Positions 39,500 through 53,600 of a DNA stretch of 64,000 nt are shown piece after piece. The notes beneath the pieces were generated by a model. The model searched no databases and was not told the origin of the DNA. It saw only the letters and a list, made by a program, of their open reading frames with translations. Positions within the stretch are counted from its first letter, which is position 1; every line of letters starts with the position of its first letter. Source of the DNA: Eledone cirrhosa (taxonomy: Eukaryota); the NCBI GenBank assembly GCA_964016885.1, contig OZ024741.1, forward strand, positions 249,798,001 through 249,862,000, read 5' to 3'. Position numbers and translations under genes: made by a program.

Positions 39500-42400
39500 A
39501 AAATCAGGGGTAGATAATTTCCAGCCGTCCAAGGGGAGATAATTTCCATCCTTCCAAGGGGAGATAATTTCCAGCCGTCCAAGGGGAGATAATTTCCCGC
39601 CAGCCAAGGAGAGATAATATTTAAAAAAATCAGGCGGAGATAATTTGTAAAAAAAATCAGGGGGAGATAATTTGTAAAAAAATCAGGGGGAGATAATTTG
39701 TAAAAAAAAATCAGGGGGAGATAATTTGTAAAAAAAATCAGGGGGAGATAATTTGTAAAAAAAATCAGGGGTAGATAATTTGTAAAAAAAAATCAGGGGG
39801 AGATAATTTGTAAAAAAAAAATCAGGGGGAGATAATTTGTAAAAAAATCAAGGGGAGATAATTTCCAGCCGTCCAAGGGGAGATAATTTTCAGCCGTCCA
39901 AGGAGAGGTAATTTCTAGCCGTCCAAGGGGAGATAATTTCCAGCCGTCCAAGGGGAGATAATTTTTTTAAAAAAATCAGGCGGAGATAATTTGTAAACAA
40001 AAATCAGGGGGAGATAGTTTGTAAAAAAAAATCAGGGGGAGATAATTTGTTAAAAAAAATCAGGGGGAGATAATTTGTAAAAAAAATCAAGGGGAGATAA
40101 TTTCCAGCCGTCCAAGGGGAGGTAATATCTAGCCATCCAAGGGGAGATAATTTCCAGCCGTCCAAGGGGAGATAATTTCCAGCCGTCCAAGGGGAGATAA
40201 TATCCAGCCGTCCAAGGAGACATATTTTCCAGCCGTCCAAGGAGAGGTAATTTCTAGCCGTCCAAGGGGAGATAAGTTCCTGCCTCCAAGGGGAGATAAT
40301 TTCCAGCCAGCCAAGGGGAGATAATTTGTAAAAAAATCAGGGGGAGATAATTTGTAAAAAAAAAATCAGGGGGAGATAATTTGTAAAAAAATCAGGGGGA
40401 GATAATTTGTAAAAAAAAAATCAGGGGGAGATAATTTGTAAAAAAAATCAGGGGGAGATAATTTGTAGAAAAAATCAGGGGTAGATAATTTGTAAAAAAA
40501 ATCAGGGGGAGATAATTTGTAAAAAAAATCAGGGGGAGATAATTTGTAAAAAAAATCAGGGGTAGATAATTTTCAGCCGTCCAAGGGGAGATAATTTCCA
40601 TCCTTCCAAGGGGAGATAATTTCCAGCCGTCCAAGGGGAGATAATTTCCCGCCAGCCAAGGAGAGATAACATTTAAAAAAATCAGGCGGAGATAATTTGT
40701 AAATAAAATCAGGGGGAGATAATTTGTAAAAAAATCAGGGGGAGATAATTTGTAAAAAAAATCAGGGGTAGATAATTTCCAGCCGTCCAAGGGGAGATAA
40801 TTTCCATCCTTCCAAGGGGAGATAATTTCCAGCCGTCCAAGGGGAGATAATTTCCCGCCAGCCAAGGAGAGATAATATTTAAAAAAATCAGGCGGAGATA
40901 ATTTGTAAAAAAAATCAGGGGGAGATAATTTGTAAAAAAATCAGGGGGAGATAATTTGTAAAAAAAAATCAGGGGTAGGTAATTTGTAAAAAAAATCAGG
41001 GGGAGATAATTTGTAAAAAAAATCAGGGGTAGATAATTTGTAAAAAAAAATCAGGGGGAGATAATTTGTAAAAAAAAAATCAGGGGGAGATAATTTGTAA
41101 AAAAATCAAGGTGAGATAATTTCCAGCCGTCCAAGGGGAGATAATTTTCAGCCTTCCAAGGAGAGGTAATTTCTAGCCGTCCAAGGGGAGATAATTTCCA
41201 GCCGTCCAAGGGGAGATAATTTTTTAAAAAAATCAGGCGGAGATAATTTGTAAACAAAAATCAGGGGGAGATAATTTGTAAAAAAAAATCAGGGGGAGAT
41301 AATTTGTAAAAAAAAATCAGGGGGAGATAATTTGTAAAAAAAATCAAGGGGAGATAATTTCCAGCCGTCCAAGGGGAGGTAATATCTAGCCATCCAAGGG
41401 GAGATAATTTCCAGCCGTCCAAGGGGAGATAATTTCCAGCCGTCCAAGGGGAGATAATATCCAGCCGTCCAAGGAGACATATTTTCCAGCCGTCCAAGGA
41501 TAGGTAATTTCTAGCCGTCCAAGGGGAGATAAGTTCCAGCCTCCAAGGGGAGATAATTTCCAGCCAGCCAAGGGGAGATAATTTGTAAAAAAATCAGGGG
41601 GAGATAATTTGTAAAAAAAAAATCAGGGGGAGATAATTTGTAAAAAAATCAGGGGGAGATAATTTGTAAAAAAAAAATCAGGGGGAGATAATTTGTAAAA
41701 AAAATCAGGGGGAGATAATTTGTAAAAAAAATCAGGGGTAGATAATTTGTAAAAAAAATCAGGGGGAGATAATTTGTAAAAAAAATCAGGAGATAATTTG
41801 TAAAAAAAATCAGGGGTAGATAATTTTCAGCCGTCCAAGGGGAGATAATTTCCATCCTTCCAAGGGGAGATAATTTCCAGCCGTCCAAGGGGAGATAATT
41901 TCCCGCCAGCCAAGGAGAGATAACATTTAAAAAAATCAGGCGGAGATAATTTGTAAAAAAATCAGGGGGAGATAATTTGTAAAAAAAAATCAGGGGGAGA
42001 TAATTTGTAAAAAAAAATCAGGGGGTGATAATTTGTAAAAAAAAATCAGGGGGAGATAATTTGTAAAATAATCAAGGGGAGATAATTTCCAGCCGTCCAA
42101 GGGGAGATAATTTTCAGCCGTCCAAGGAGAGGTAATTTCTAGCCGTCCAAGGGGAGATAATTTCCAGCCGTCCAAGGGGAGATAATTTTTAAAAAAAAAT
42201 CAGGCGGAGATAATTTGTAAACAAAAATCAGGGGGAGATAATTTGTAAAAAAAAATCAGGGGGAGATAATTTGTAAAAAAAATCAAGGGGAGATAATTTC
42301 CAGCCGTCCAAGGGGAGGTAATATCTAGCCATCCAAGGGGAGATAATTTCCAGCCGTCCAAGGGGAGATAATTTCCAGCCGTCCAAGGGGAGATAATATC

Positions 42401-44655
42401 CAGCCGTCCAAGGAGACATATTTTCCAGCCGTCCAAGGAGACGTAATTTCTAGCCGTCCAAGGGGAGATAAGTTCCAGCCTCCAAGGGGAGATAATTTCC
42501 AGCCAGCCAAGGGGAGATAATTTGTAAAAAAATTAGGGGGAGATAATTTGTAAAAAAAAATCAGGGGGAGATAATTTGTAAAAAAAAATCAGGGGGAGAT
42601 AATTTGTAAAAAATATCAAGGGGAGATAATTTCCAGCCCTCCAAGGGGCTATAATTTCCAGCCGTGCAAGGGGAGATAATTTCCAGCCGTCCAAGGGGAG
42701 ATAATTTCCATCCTTCCAAGGGGAGATAATTTCCAGCCGTCCAAGGGGAGATAATTTCCCGCCAGCCAAGGGAAGATAATTTTTTAAAAAATCAGGCGGA
42801 GATTGTAAAAAAAATCAGGGGGAGATAATTTGTAAAAAAATCAGGGGGAGATAATTTGTAAAAAAAAAATCAGGGGGAGATAATTTGTAAAAAAAAATCA
42901 GGGGGAGCTAATTTGTAAAAAAAATCAGGGGGAGATAATTTGTAAAAAAAAATCAGGGGGAGATAATTTGTAAAAAAAAAATCAGGGGGAGATAATTTGT
43001 AAAAAAATCAAGGGGAGATAATTTCCAGCCGTCCAAGGGGAGATAATTTTCAGCCGTCCAAGGAGGTAATTTCTAGCCGTCCAAGGGGAGATAATTTCCA
43101 GCCGTCCAAGGGGAGATAATTTTTTTAAAAAAATCAGGCGGAGATAATTTGTAAACAAAAATCAGGGGGAGATAATTTGTAAAAAAAAATCAGGGGGAGA
43201 TAATTTGTAAAAAAAAATCAGGGGTAGATAATTTGTAAAAAAAATCAAGGGGAGATAATTTCCAGCCGTCCAAGGGGAGGTAATATCTAGCCATCCAAGG
43301 GGAGATAATTTCCAGCCGTCCAAGGGGAGATAATTTCCAGCCGTCCAAGGGGAGATAATATCCAGCCGTCCAAGGAGACATATTTTCCAGCCGTCCAAGG
43401 AGAGGTAATTTCTAGCCGTCCAAGGGGAGATAAGTTCCAGCCTCCAAGGGGAGATAATTTCCAGCCAGCCAAGGGGAGATAATTTGTAAAAAAATCAGGG
43501 GGAGATAATTTGTAAAAAAAATCAGGGGGAGATAATTTGTAAAAAAATCAGGGGGAGATAATTTCTAAAAAAAAAATCAGGGGGAGATAATTTGTAAAAA
43601 AAATCAGGGGGAGATAATTTGTAGAAAAAATCAGGGGTAGATAATTTGTAAAAAAAATCAGGGGGAGATAATTTGTAAAAAAAATCAGGGGGAGATAATT
43701 TGTAAAAAAAATCAGGGGTAGATAATTTTCAGCCGTCCAAGGGGAGATAATTTCCATCCTTCCAAGGGGAGATAATTTCCAGCCGTCCAAGGGGAGATAA
43801 TTTCCCGCCAGCCAAGGAGAGATAACATTTAAAAAAATCAGGCGGAGATAATTTGTAAAAAAAATCAGGGGGAGATAATTTATAAAAAAATCAGGGGGAG
43901 ATAATTTGTAAAAAAAATCAGGGGTAGATAATTTCCAGCCGTCCAAGGGGAGATAATTTCCATCCTTCCAAGGGGAGATAATTTCCAGCCGTCCAAGGGG
44001 AGATAATTTCCCGCCAGCCAAGGAGAGATAATATTTAAAAAAATCAGGCGGAGATAATTTGTAAAAAAAATCAGGGGGAGATAATTTGTAAAAAAATCAG
44101 GGGGAGATAATTTGTAAAAAAAAATCAGGGGGAGATAATTTGTAAAAAAAATCAGGGGGAGATAATTTGTAAAAAAAATCAGGGGTAGATAATTTGTAAA
44201 AAAAAATCAGGGGGAGATAATTTGTAAAAAAAAAATCAGGGGGAGATAATTTGTAAAAAAATCAAGGGGAGATAATTTCCAGCCGTCCAAGGGGAGATAA
44301 TTTTCAGCCGTCCAAGGAGAGGTAATTTCTAGCCGTCCAAGGGGAGATAATTTCCAGCCGTCCAAGGGGAGATAATTTTTTTAAAAAAATCAGGCGGAGA
44401 TAATTTGTAAACAAAAATCAGGGGGAGATAGTTTGTAAAAAAAAATCAGGGGGAGATAATTTGTTAAAAAAAATCAGGGGGAGATAATTTGTAAAAAAAA
44501 TCAAGGGGAGATAATTTCCAGCCGTCCAAGGGGAGGTAATATCTAGCCATCCAAGGGGAGATAATTTCCAGCCGTCCAAGGGGAGATAATTTCCAGCCGT
44601 CCAAGGGGAGATAATATCCAGCCGTCCAAGGAGACATATTTTCCAGCCGTCCAAG
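39500..44655 (+). repeat. ~5.1-kb circularly permuted copy spanning the junction of two 4.4-kb super-units (matches ~18.3-23.4 kb)
   Basis: ORF offsets 18779/40004 (21225), 21309/42533, 21938/43162 and 23194/44418 (all 21224). Confidence 0.88.
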
Positions 44656-44659
44656 GAGA

Positions 44660-47600
44660 CGTAATTTCTAGCCGTCCAAGGGGAGATAAGTTCCAGCCTC
44701 CAAGGGGAGATAATTTCCAGCCAGCCAAGGGGAGATAATTTGTAAAAAAATCAGGGGAGATAATTTGTAAAAAAAATCAGGGGGAGATAATTTGTAAAAA
44801 AAAATCAGGGGTAGATAATTTGTAAAAAAAATCAGGGGGAGATAATTTGTAAAAAAAAAATCAGGGGGAGATAATTTGTAAAAAAATCAAGGGGAGATAA
44901 TTTCCAACCGTCCAAGGGGAGATAATTTTCAGCCGTCCAAGGAGGTAATTTCTAGCCGTCCAAGGGGAGATAATTTCCAGCCGTCCAAGGGGAGATAATT
45001 TTTTTAAAAAAATCAGGCGGAGATAATTTGTAAACAAAAATCAGGGGGAGATAATTTGTAAAAAAAAATCAGGGGGAGATAATTTGTGAAAAAAATCAGG
45101 GGGAGATAATTTGTAAAAAAAATCAAGGGGAGATAATTTCCAGCCGTCCAAGGGGAGGTAATATCTAGCCATCCAAAGGGAGATAATTTCCAGCCGTCCA
45201 AGGGGAGATAATTTCCAGCCGTCCAAGGGGAGATAATATCCAGCCGTCCAAGGAGACATATTTTCCAGCCGTCCAAGGAGAGGTAATTTCTAGCCGTCCA
45301 AGGGGAGATAAGTTCCAGCCTCCAAGGGGAGATAATTTCCAGCCAGCCAAGGGGAGATAATTTGTAAAAAAATCAGGGGGAGATAATTTGTAAAAAAAAA
45401 ATCAGGGGGAGATAATTTGTAAAAAAATCAGGGGGAGATAATTTGTAAAAAAAAAATCAGGGGGAGATAATTTGTAAAAAAAATCAGGGGGAGATAATTT
45501 GTAGAAAAAATCAGGGGTAGATAATTTGTAAAAAAAATCAGGGGGAGATAATTTGTAAAAAAAATCAGGGGGAGATAATTTGTAAAAAAAATCAGGGGTA
45601 GATAATTTTCAGCCGTCCAAGGGGAGATAATTTCCATCCTTCCAAGGGGAGATAATTTCCAGCCGTCCAAGGGGAGATAATTTCCCGCCAGCCAAGGAGA
45701 GATAACATTTAAAAAAATCAGGCGGAGATAATTTGTAAAAAAAATCAGGGGGAGATAATTTGTAAAAAAATCAGGGGGAGATAATTTGTAAAAAAAAATC
45801 AGGGGTAGATAATTTCCAGCCGTCCAAGGGGAGATAATTTCCATCCTTCCAAGGGGAGATAATTTCCAGCCGTCCAAGGGGAGATAATTTCCCGCCAGCC
45901 AAGGAGAGATAATATTTAAAAAAATCAGGCGGAGATAATTTGTAAAAAAAATCAGGGGGAGATAATTTGTAAAAAAATCAGGGGGAGATAATTTGTAAAA
46001 AAAAATCAGGGGAGATAATTTGTAAAAAAAATCAGGGGGAGATAATTTGTAAAAAAAAATCAGGGGTAGATAATTTGTAAAAAAAAATCAGGGGGAGATA
46101 ATTTGTAAAAAAAAAATCAGGGGGAGATAATTTGTAAAAAAATCAAGGGGAGATAATTTCCAGCCGTCCAAGGGGAGATAATTTTCAGCCGTCCAAGGAG
46201 GTAATTTCTAGCCGTCCAAGGGGAGATAATTTCCAGCCGTCCAAGGGGAGATAATTTTTTTAAAAAAATCAGGCGGAGATAATTTGTAAACAAAAATCAG
46301 GGGGAGATAATTTGTAAAAAAAAATCAGGGGGAGATAATTTGTAAAAAAAAATCAGGGGGAGATAATTTGTAAAAAAAATCAAGGGGAGATAATTTCCAG
46401 CCGTCCAAGGGGAGGTAATATCTAGCCATCCAAGGGGAGATAATTTCCAGCCGTCCAAGGGGAGATAATTTCCAGCCGTCAAAGGGGAGATAATATCCAG
46501 CCGTCCAAGGAGACATATTTTCCAGCCGTCCAAGGAGAGGTAATTTCTAGCCGTCCAAGGGGAGATAAGTTCCAGCCTCCAAGGGGAGATAATTTCCAGC
46601 CAGCCAAGGGGAGATAATTTGTAAAAAAATCAGGGGGAGATAATTTGTAAAAAAAAATCAGGGGGAGATAATTTGTAAAAAAATCAGGGGGAGATAATTT
46701 GTAAAAAAAAAATCAGGGGGAGATAATTTGTAAAAAAAATCAGGGGGAGATAATTTGTAGAAAAAATCAGGGGTAGATAATTTGTAAAAAAAATCAGGGG
46801 GAGATAATTTGTAAAAAAAATCAGGGGGAGATAATTTGTAAAAAAAATCAGGGGTAGATAATTTTCAGCCGTCCAAGGGGAGATAATTTCCATCCTTCCA
46901 AGGGGAGATAATTTCCAGCCGTCCAAGGGGAGATAATTTCCCGCCAGCCAAGGAGAGATAACATTTAAAAAAATCAGGCGGAGATAATTTGTAAAAAAAA
47001 TCAGGGGGAGATAATTTGTAAAAAAATCAGGGGGAGATAATTTGTAAAAAAAATCAGGGGTAGATAATTTCCAGCCGTCCAAGGGGAGATAATTTCCATC
47101 CTTCCAAGGGGAGATAATTTCCAGCCGTCCAAGGGGAGATAATTTCCCGCCAGCCAAGGAGAGATAATATTTAAAAAAATCAGGCGGAGATAATTTGTAA
47201 AAAAAATCAGGGGGAGATAATTTGTAAACAAAAATCAGGGGGAGATAATTTGTAAAAAAAATCAGGCGGAGATAATTTGTAAACAAAAATCAGGGGGAGA
47301 TAATTTGTAAAAAAAAATCAGGGGGAGATAATTTGTAAAAAAAAATCAGGGGGAGATAATTTGTAAAAAAAAATCAAGGGGAGATAATTTCCAGCCGTCC
47401 AAGGGGAGGTAATATCTAGCCATCCAAGGGGAGATAATTTCCAGCCGTCCAAGGGGAGATAATTTCCAGCCGTCCAAGGGGAGATAATATCCAGCCGTCC
47501 AAGGAGACATATTTTCCAGCCGTCCAAGGAGAGGTAATTTCTAGCCGTCCAAGGGGAGATAAGTTCCTGCCTCCAAGGGGAGATAATTTCCAGCCAGCCA

Positions 47601-50600
47601 AGGGGAGATAATTTGTAAAAAAATCAGGGGGAGATAATTTGTAAAAAAAAAATCAGGGGGAGATAATTTGTAAAAAAATCAGGGTGAGATAATTTGTAAA
47701 AAAAAAATCAGGGGGAGATAATTTGTAAAAAAAATCAGGGGGAGATAATTTGTAGAAAAAATCAGGGGTAGATAATTTGTAAAAAAAATCAGGGGGAGAT
47801 AATTTATAAAAAAAATCAGGGGGAGATAATTTGTAAAAAAAATCAGGGGTAGATAATTTTCAGCCGTCCAAGGGGAGATAATTTCCATCCTTCCAAGGGG
47901 AGATAATTTCCAGCCGTCCAAGGGGAGATAATTTCCCGCCAGCCAAGGAGAGATAACATTTAAAAAAATCAGGCGGAGATAATTTGTAAAAAAAATCAGG
48001 GGGAGATAATTTGTAAAAAAATCAGGGGGAGATAATTTGTAAAAAAAATCAGGGGTAGATAATTTCCAGCCGTCCAAGGGGAGATAATTTCCATCCTTCC
48101 AAGGGGAGATAATTTCCAGCCGTCCAAGGGGAGGTAATATCTAGCCATCCAAGGGGAGATAATTTCCAGCCGTCCAAGGGGAGATAATTTCCAGCCGTCC
48201 AAGGGGAGATAATATCCAGCCGTCCAAGGAGACATATTTTCCAGCCGTCCAAGGAGACGTAATTTCTAGCCGTCCAAGGGGAGATAAGTTCCAGCCTCCA
48301 AGGGGAGATAATTTCCAGCCAGCCAAGGGGAGATAATTTGTAAAAAAATTAGGGGGAGATAATTTGTAAATAAAAATTAGGGGGAGATAATTTGTAAAAA
48401 AAAATCAGGGGGAGATAATTTGTAAAAAAAATCAAGGGGAGATAATTTCCAGCCGTCCAAGGGGAGATAATTTTCAGCCGTCCAAGGAGAGGTAAATTCT
48501 AGCCGTCCAAGGAGATATAATTTCCAGCCGTCCAAGGGGAGATAATTTCCAGCCGTCCAAGGGGAGATAATTTAAAAAAAAAAATCAGGCGGAGATAATT
48601 TGTAAACAAAAATCAGGGGGAGATAATTTTTAAAAAAAAATCAGGGGGAGATAATTTGTAAAAAAAAATCAGGGGGAGATAATTTGTAAAAAAATTCAAG
48701 GGGAGATAATTTCCAGCCGTCCAAGGGGAGGTAATATCTAGCCATCCAAGGGGAGATAATTTCCAGCCGTCCAAGGGGAGATAATTTCCAGCCGTCCAAG
48801 GGGAGATAATATCCAGCCGTCCAAGGAGACATATTTTCCAGCCGTCCAAGGAGAGGTAATTTCTAGCCGTCCAAGGGGAGATAAGTTCCAGCCTCCAAGG
48901 GGAGATAATTTCCAGCTAGCCAAGGGGAGATAATTTGTAAAAAAATCAGGGGGGAGATAATTTGTAAAAAAAATCAGGGGGAGATAATTTGAAAAAAATA
49001 TCAAGGGGAGATAATTTCCAGCCCTCCAAGGGGCTATAATTTCCAGCCGTGCAAGGGGAGATAATTTCCAGCCGTCCAAGGGGAGATAATTTCCATCCTT
49101 CCAAGGGGAGATAATTTCCAGCCGTCCAAGGGGAGATAATTTCCCGCCAGCCAAGGGAAGATAATTTTTTAAAAAATCAGGCGGAGATTGTAAAAAAAAT
49201 CAGGGGGAGATAATTTGTAAAAAAATCAGGGGGAGATAATTTGTAAAAAAAAAATCAGGGGGAGATAATTTGTAAAAAAAAATCAGGGGGAGCTAATTTG
49301 TAAAAAAAATCAGGGGGAGATAATTTGTAAAAAAAAATCAGGGGGAGATAATTTGTAAAAAAAAAATCAGGGGGAGATAATTTGTAAAAAAATCAAGGGG
49401 AGATAATTTCCAGCCGTCCAAGGGGAGATAATTTTCAGCCGTCCAAGGAGGTAATTTCTAGCCGTCCAAGGGGAGATAATTTCCAGCCGTCCAAGGGGAG
49501 ATAATTTTTTTAAAAAAATCAGGCGGAGATAATTTGTAAACAAAAATCAGGGGGAGATAATTTGTAAAAAAAAATCAGGGGGAGATAATTTGTAAAAAAA
49601 AATCAGGGGTAGATAATTTGTAAAAAAAATCAAGGGGAGATAATTTCCAGCCGTCCAAGGGGAGGTAATATCTAGCCATCCAAGGGGAGATAATTTCCAG
49701 CCGTCCAAGGGGAGATAATTTCCAGCCGTCCAAGGGGAGATAATATCCAGCCGTCCAAGGAGACATATTTTCCAGCCGTCCAAGGAGAGGTAATTTCTAG
49801 CCGTCCAAGGGGAGATAAGTTCCAGCCTCCAAGGGGAGATAATTTCCAGCCAGCCAAGGGGAGATAATTTGTAAAAAAATCAGGGGGAGATAATTTGTAA
49901 AAAAAATCAGGGGGAGATAATTTGTAAAAAAATCAGGGGGAGATAATTTCTAAAAAAAAAATCAGGGGGAGATAATTTGTAAAAAAAATCAGGGGGAGAT
50001 AATTTGTAGAAAAAATCAGGGGTAGATAATTTGTAAAAAAAATCAGGGGGAGATAATTTGTAAAAAAAATCAGGGGGAGATAATTTGTAAAAAAAATCAG
50101 GGGTAGATAATTTTCAGCCGTCCAAGGGGAGATAATTTCCATCCTTCCAAGGGGAGATAATTTCCAGCCGTCCAAGGGGAGATAATTTCCCGCCAGCCAA
50201 GGAGAGATAACATTTAAAAAAATCAGGCGGAGATAATTTGTAAAAAAAATCAGGGGGAGATAATTTATAAAAAAATCAGGGGGAGATAATTTGTAAAAAA
50301 AATCAGGGGTAGATAATTTCCAGCCGTCCAAGGGGAGATAATTTCCATCCTTCCAAGGGGAGATAATTTCCAGCCGTCCAAGGGGAGATAATTTCCCGCC
50401 AGCCAAGGAGAGATAATATTTAAAAAAATCAGGCGGAGATAATTTGTAAAAAAAATCAGGGGGAGATAATTTGTAAAAAAATCAGGGGGAGATAATTTGT
50501 AAAAAAAAATCAGGGGGAGATAATTTGTAAAAAAAATCAGGGGGAGATAATTTGTAAAAAAAATCAGGGGTAGATAATTTGTAAAAAAAAATCAGGGGGA

Positions 50601-53600
50601 GATAATTTGTAAAAAAAAAATCAGGGGGAGATAATTTGTAAAAAAATCAAGGGGAGATAATTTCCAGCCGTCCAAGGGGAGATAATTTTCAGCCGTCCAA
50701 GGAGAGGTAATTTCTAGCCGTCCAAGGGGAGATAATTTCCAGCCGTCCAAGGGGAGATAATTTTTTTAAAAAAATCAGGCGGAGATAATTTGTAAACAAA
50801 AATCAGGGGGAGATAGTTTGTAAAAAAAAATCAGGGGGAGATAATTTGTTAAAAAAAATCAGGGGGAGATAATTTGTAAAAAAAATCAAGGGGAGATAAT
50901 TTCCAGCCGTCCAAGGGGAGGTAATATCTAGCCATCCAAGGGGAGATAATTTCCAGCCGTCCAAGGGGAGATAATTTCCAGCCGTCCAAGGGGAGATAAT
51001 ATCCAGCCGTCCAAGGAGACATATTTTCCAGCCGTCCAAGGAGAGGTAATTTCTAGCCGTCCAAGGGGAGATAAGTTCCTGCCTCCAAGGGGAGATAATT
51101 TCCAGCCAGCCAAGGGGAGATAATTTGTAAAAAAATCAGGGGGAGATAATTTGTAAAAAAAAAATCAGGGGGAGATAATTTGTAAAAAAATCAGGGGGAG
51201 ATAATTTGTAAAAAAAAAATCAGGGGGAGATAATTTGTAAAAAAAATCAGGGGGAGATAATTTGTAGAAAAAATCAGGGGTAGATAATTTGTAAAAAAAA
51301 TCAGGGGGAGATAATTTGTAAAAAAAATCAGGGGGAGATAATTTGTAAAAAAAATCAGGGGTAGATAATTTTCAGCCGTCCAAGGGGAGATAATTTCCAT
51401 CCTTCCAAGGGGAGATAATTTCCAGCCGTCCAAGGGGAGATAATTTCCCGCCAGCCAAGGAGAGATAACATTTAAAAAAATCAGGCGGAGATAATTTGTA
51501 AATAAAATCAGGGGGAGATAATTTGTAAAAAAATCAGGGGGAGATAATTTGTAAAAAAAATCAGGGGTAGATAATTTCCAGCCGTCCAAGGGGAGATAAT
51601 TTCCATCCTTCCAAGGGGAGATAATTTCCAGCCGTCCAAGGGGAGATAATTTCCCGCCAGCCAAGGAGAGATAATATTTAAAAAAATCAGGCGGAGATAA
51701 TTTGTAAAAAAAATCAGGGGGAGATAATTTGTAAAAAAATCAGGGGGAGATAATTTGTAAAAAAAAATCAGGGGTAGGTAATTTGTAAAAAAAATCAGGG
51801 GGAGATAATTTGTAAAAAAAATCAGGGGTAGATAATTTGTAAAAAAAAATCAGGGGGAGATAATTTGTAAAAAAAAAATCAGGGGGAGATAATTTGTAAA
51901 AAAATCAAGGTGAGATAATTTCCAGCCGTCCAAGGGGAGATAATTTTCAGCCTTCCAAGGAGAGGTAATTTCTAGCCGTCCAAGGGGAGATAATTTCCAG
52001 CCGTCCAAGGGGAGATAATTTTTTAAAAAAATCAGGCGGAGATAATTTGTAAACAAAAATCAGGGGGAGATAATTTGTAAAAAAAAATCAGGGGGAGATA
52101 ATTTGTAAAAAAAAATCAGGGGGAGATAATTTGTAAAAAAAATCAAGGGGAGATAATTTCCAGCCGTCCAAGGGGAGGTAATATCTAGCCATCCAAGGGG
52201 AGATAATTTCCAGCCGTCCAAGGGGAGATAATTTCCAGCCGTCCAAGGGGAGATAATATCCAGCCGTCCAAGGAGACATATTTTCCAGCCGTCCAAGGAT
52301 AGGTAATTTCTAGCCGTCCAAGGGGAGATAAGTTCCAGCCTCCAAGGGGAGATAATTTCCAGCCAGCCAAGGGGAGATAATTTGTAAAAAAATCAGGGGG
52401 AGATAATTTGTAAAAAAAAAATCAGGGGGAGATAATTTGTAAAAAAATCAGGGGGAGATAATTTGTAAAAAAAAAATCAGGGGGAGATAATTTGTAAAAA
52501 AAATCAGGGGGAGATAATTTGTAAAAAAAATCAGGGGTAGATAATTTGTAAAAAAAATCAGGGGGAGATAATTTGTAAAAAAAATCAGGAGATAATTTGT
52601 AAAAAAAATCAGGGGTAGATAATTTTCAGCCGTCCAAGGGGAGATAATTTCCATCCTTCCAAGGGGAGATAATTTCCAGCCGTCCAAGGGGAGATAATTT
52701 CCCGCCAGCCAAGGAGAGATAACATTTAAAAAAATCAGGCGGAGATAATTTGTAAAAAAATCAGGGGGAGATAATTTGTAAAAAAAAATCAGGGGGAGAT
52801 AATTTGTAAAAAAAAATCAGGGGGTGATAATTTGTAAAAAAAAATCAGGGGGAGATAATTTGTAAAATAATCAAGGGGAGATAATTTCCAGCCGTCCAAG
52901 GGGAGATAATTTTCAGCCGTCCAAGGAGAGGTAATTTCTAGCCGTCCAAGGGGAGATAATTTCCAGCCGTCCAAGGGGAGATAATTTTTAAAAAAAAATC
53001 AGGCGGAGATAATTTGTAAACAAAAATCAGGGGGAGATAATTTGTAAAAAAAAATCAGGGGGAGATAATTTGTAAAAAAAATCAAGGGGAGATAATTTCC
53101 AGCCGTCCAAGGGGAGGTAATATCTAGCCATCCAAGGGGAGATAATTTCCAGCCGTCCAAGGGGAGATAATTTCCAGCCGTCCAAGGGGAGATAATATCC
53201 AGCCGTCCAAGGAGACATATTTTCCAGCCGTCCAAGGAGACGTAATTTCTAGCCGTCCAAGGGGAGATAAGTTCCAGCCTCCAAGGGGAGATAATTTCCA
53301 GCCAGCCAAGGGGAGATAATTTGTAAAAAAATTAGGGGGAGATAATTTGTAAAAAAAAATCAGGGGGAGATAATTTGTAAAAAAAAATCAGGGGGAGATA
53401 ATTTGTAAAAAATATCAAGGGGAGATAATTTCCAGCCCTCCAAGGGGCTATAATTTCCAGCCGTGCAAGGGGAGATAATTTCCAGCCGTCCAAGGGGAGA
53501 TAATTTCCATCCTTCCAAGGGGAGATAATTTCCAGCCGTCCAAGGGGAGATAATTTCCCGCCAGCCAAGGGAAGATAATTTTTTAAAAAATCAGGCGGAG

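Noticed and set aside
38855-39607. Longest ORF (250 aa) as a possible repetitive membrane or structural protein
   Set aside because: Its length is a by-product of a local triplication of the B4 module. Homologous regions give shorter ORFs (190 aa) or broken ones.
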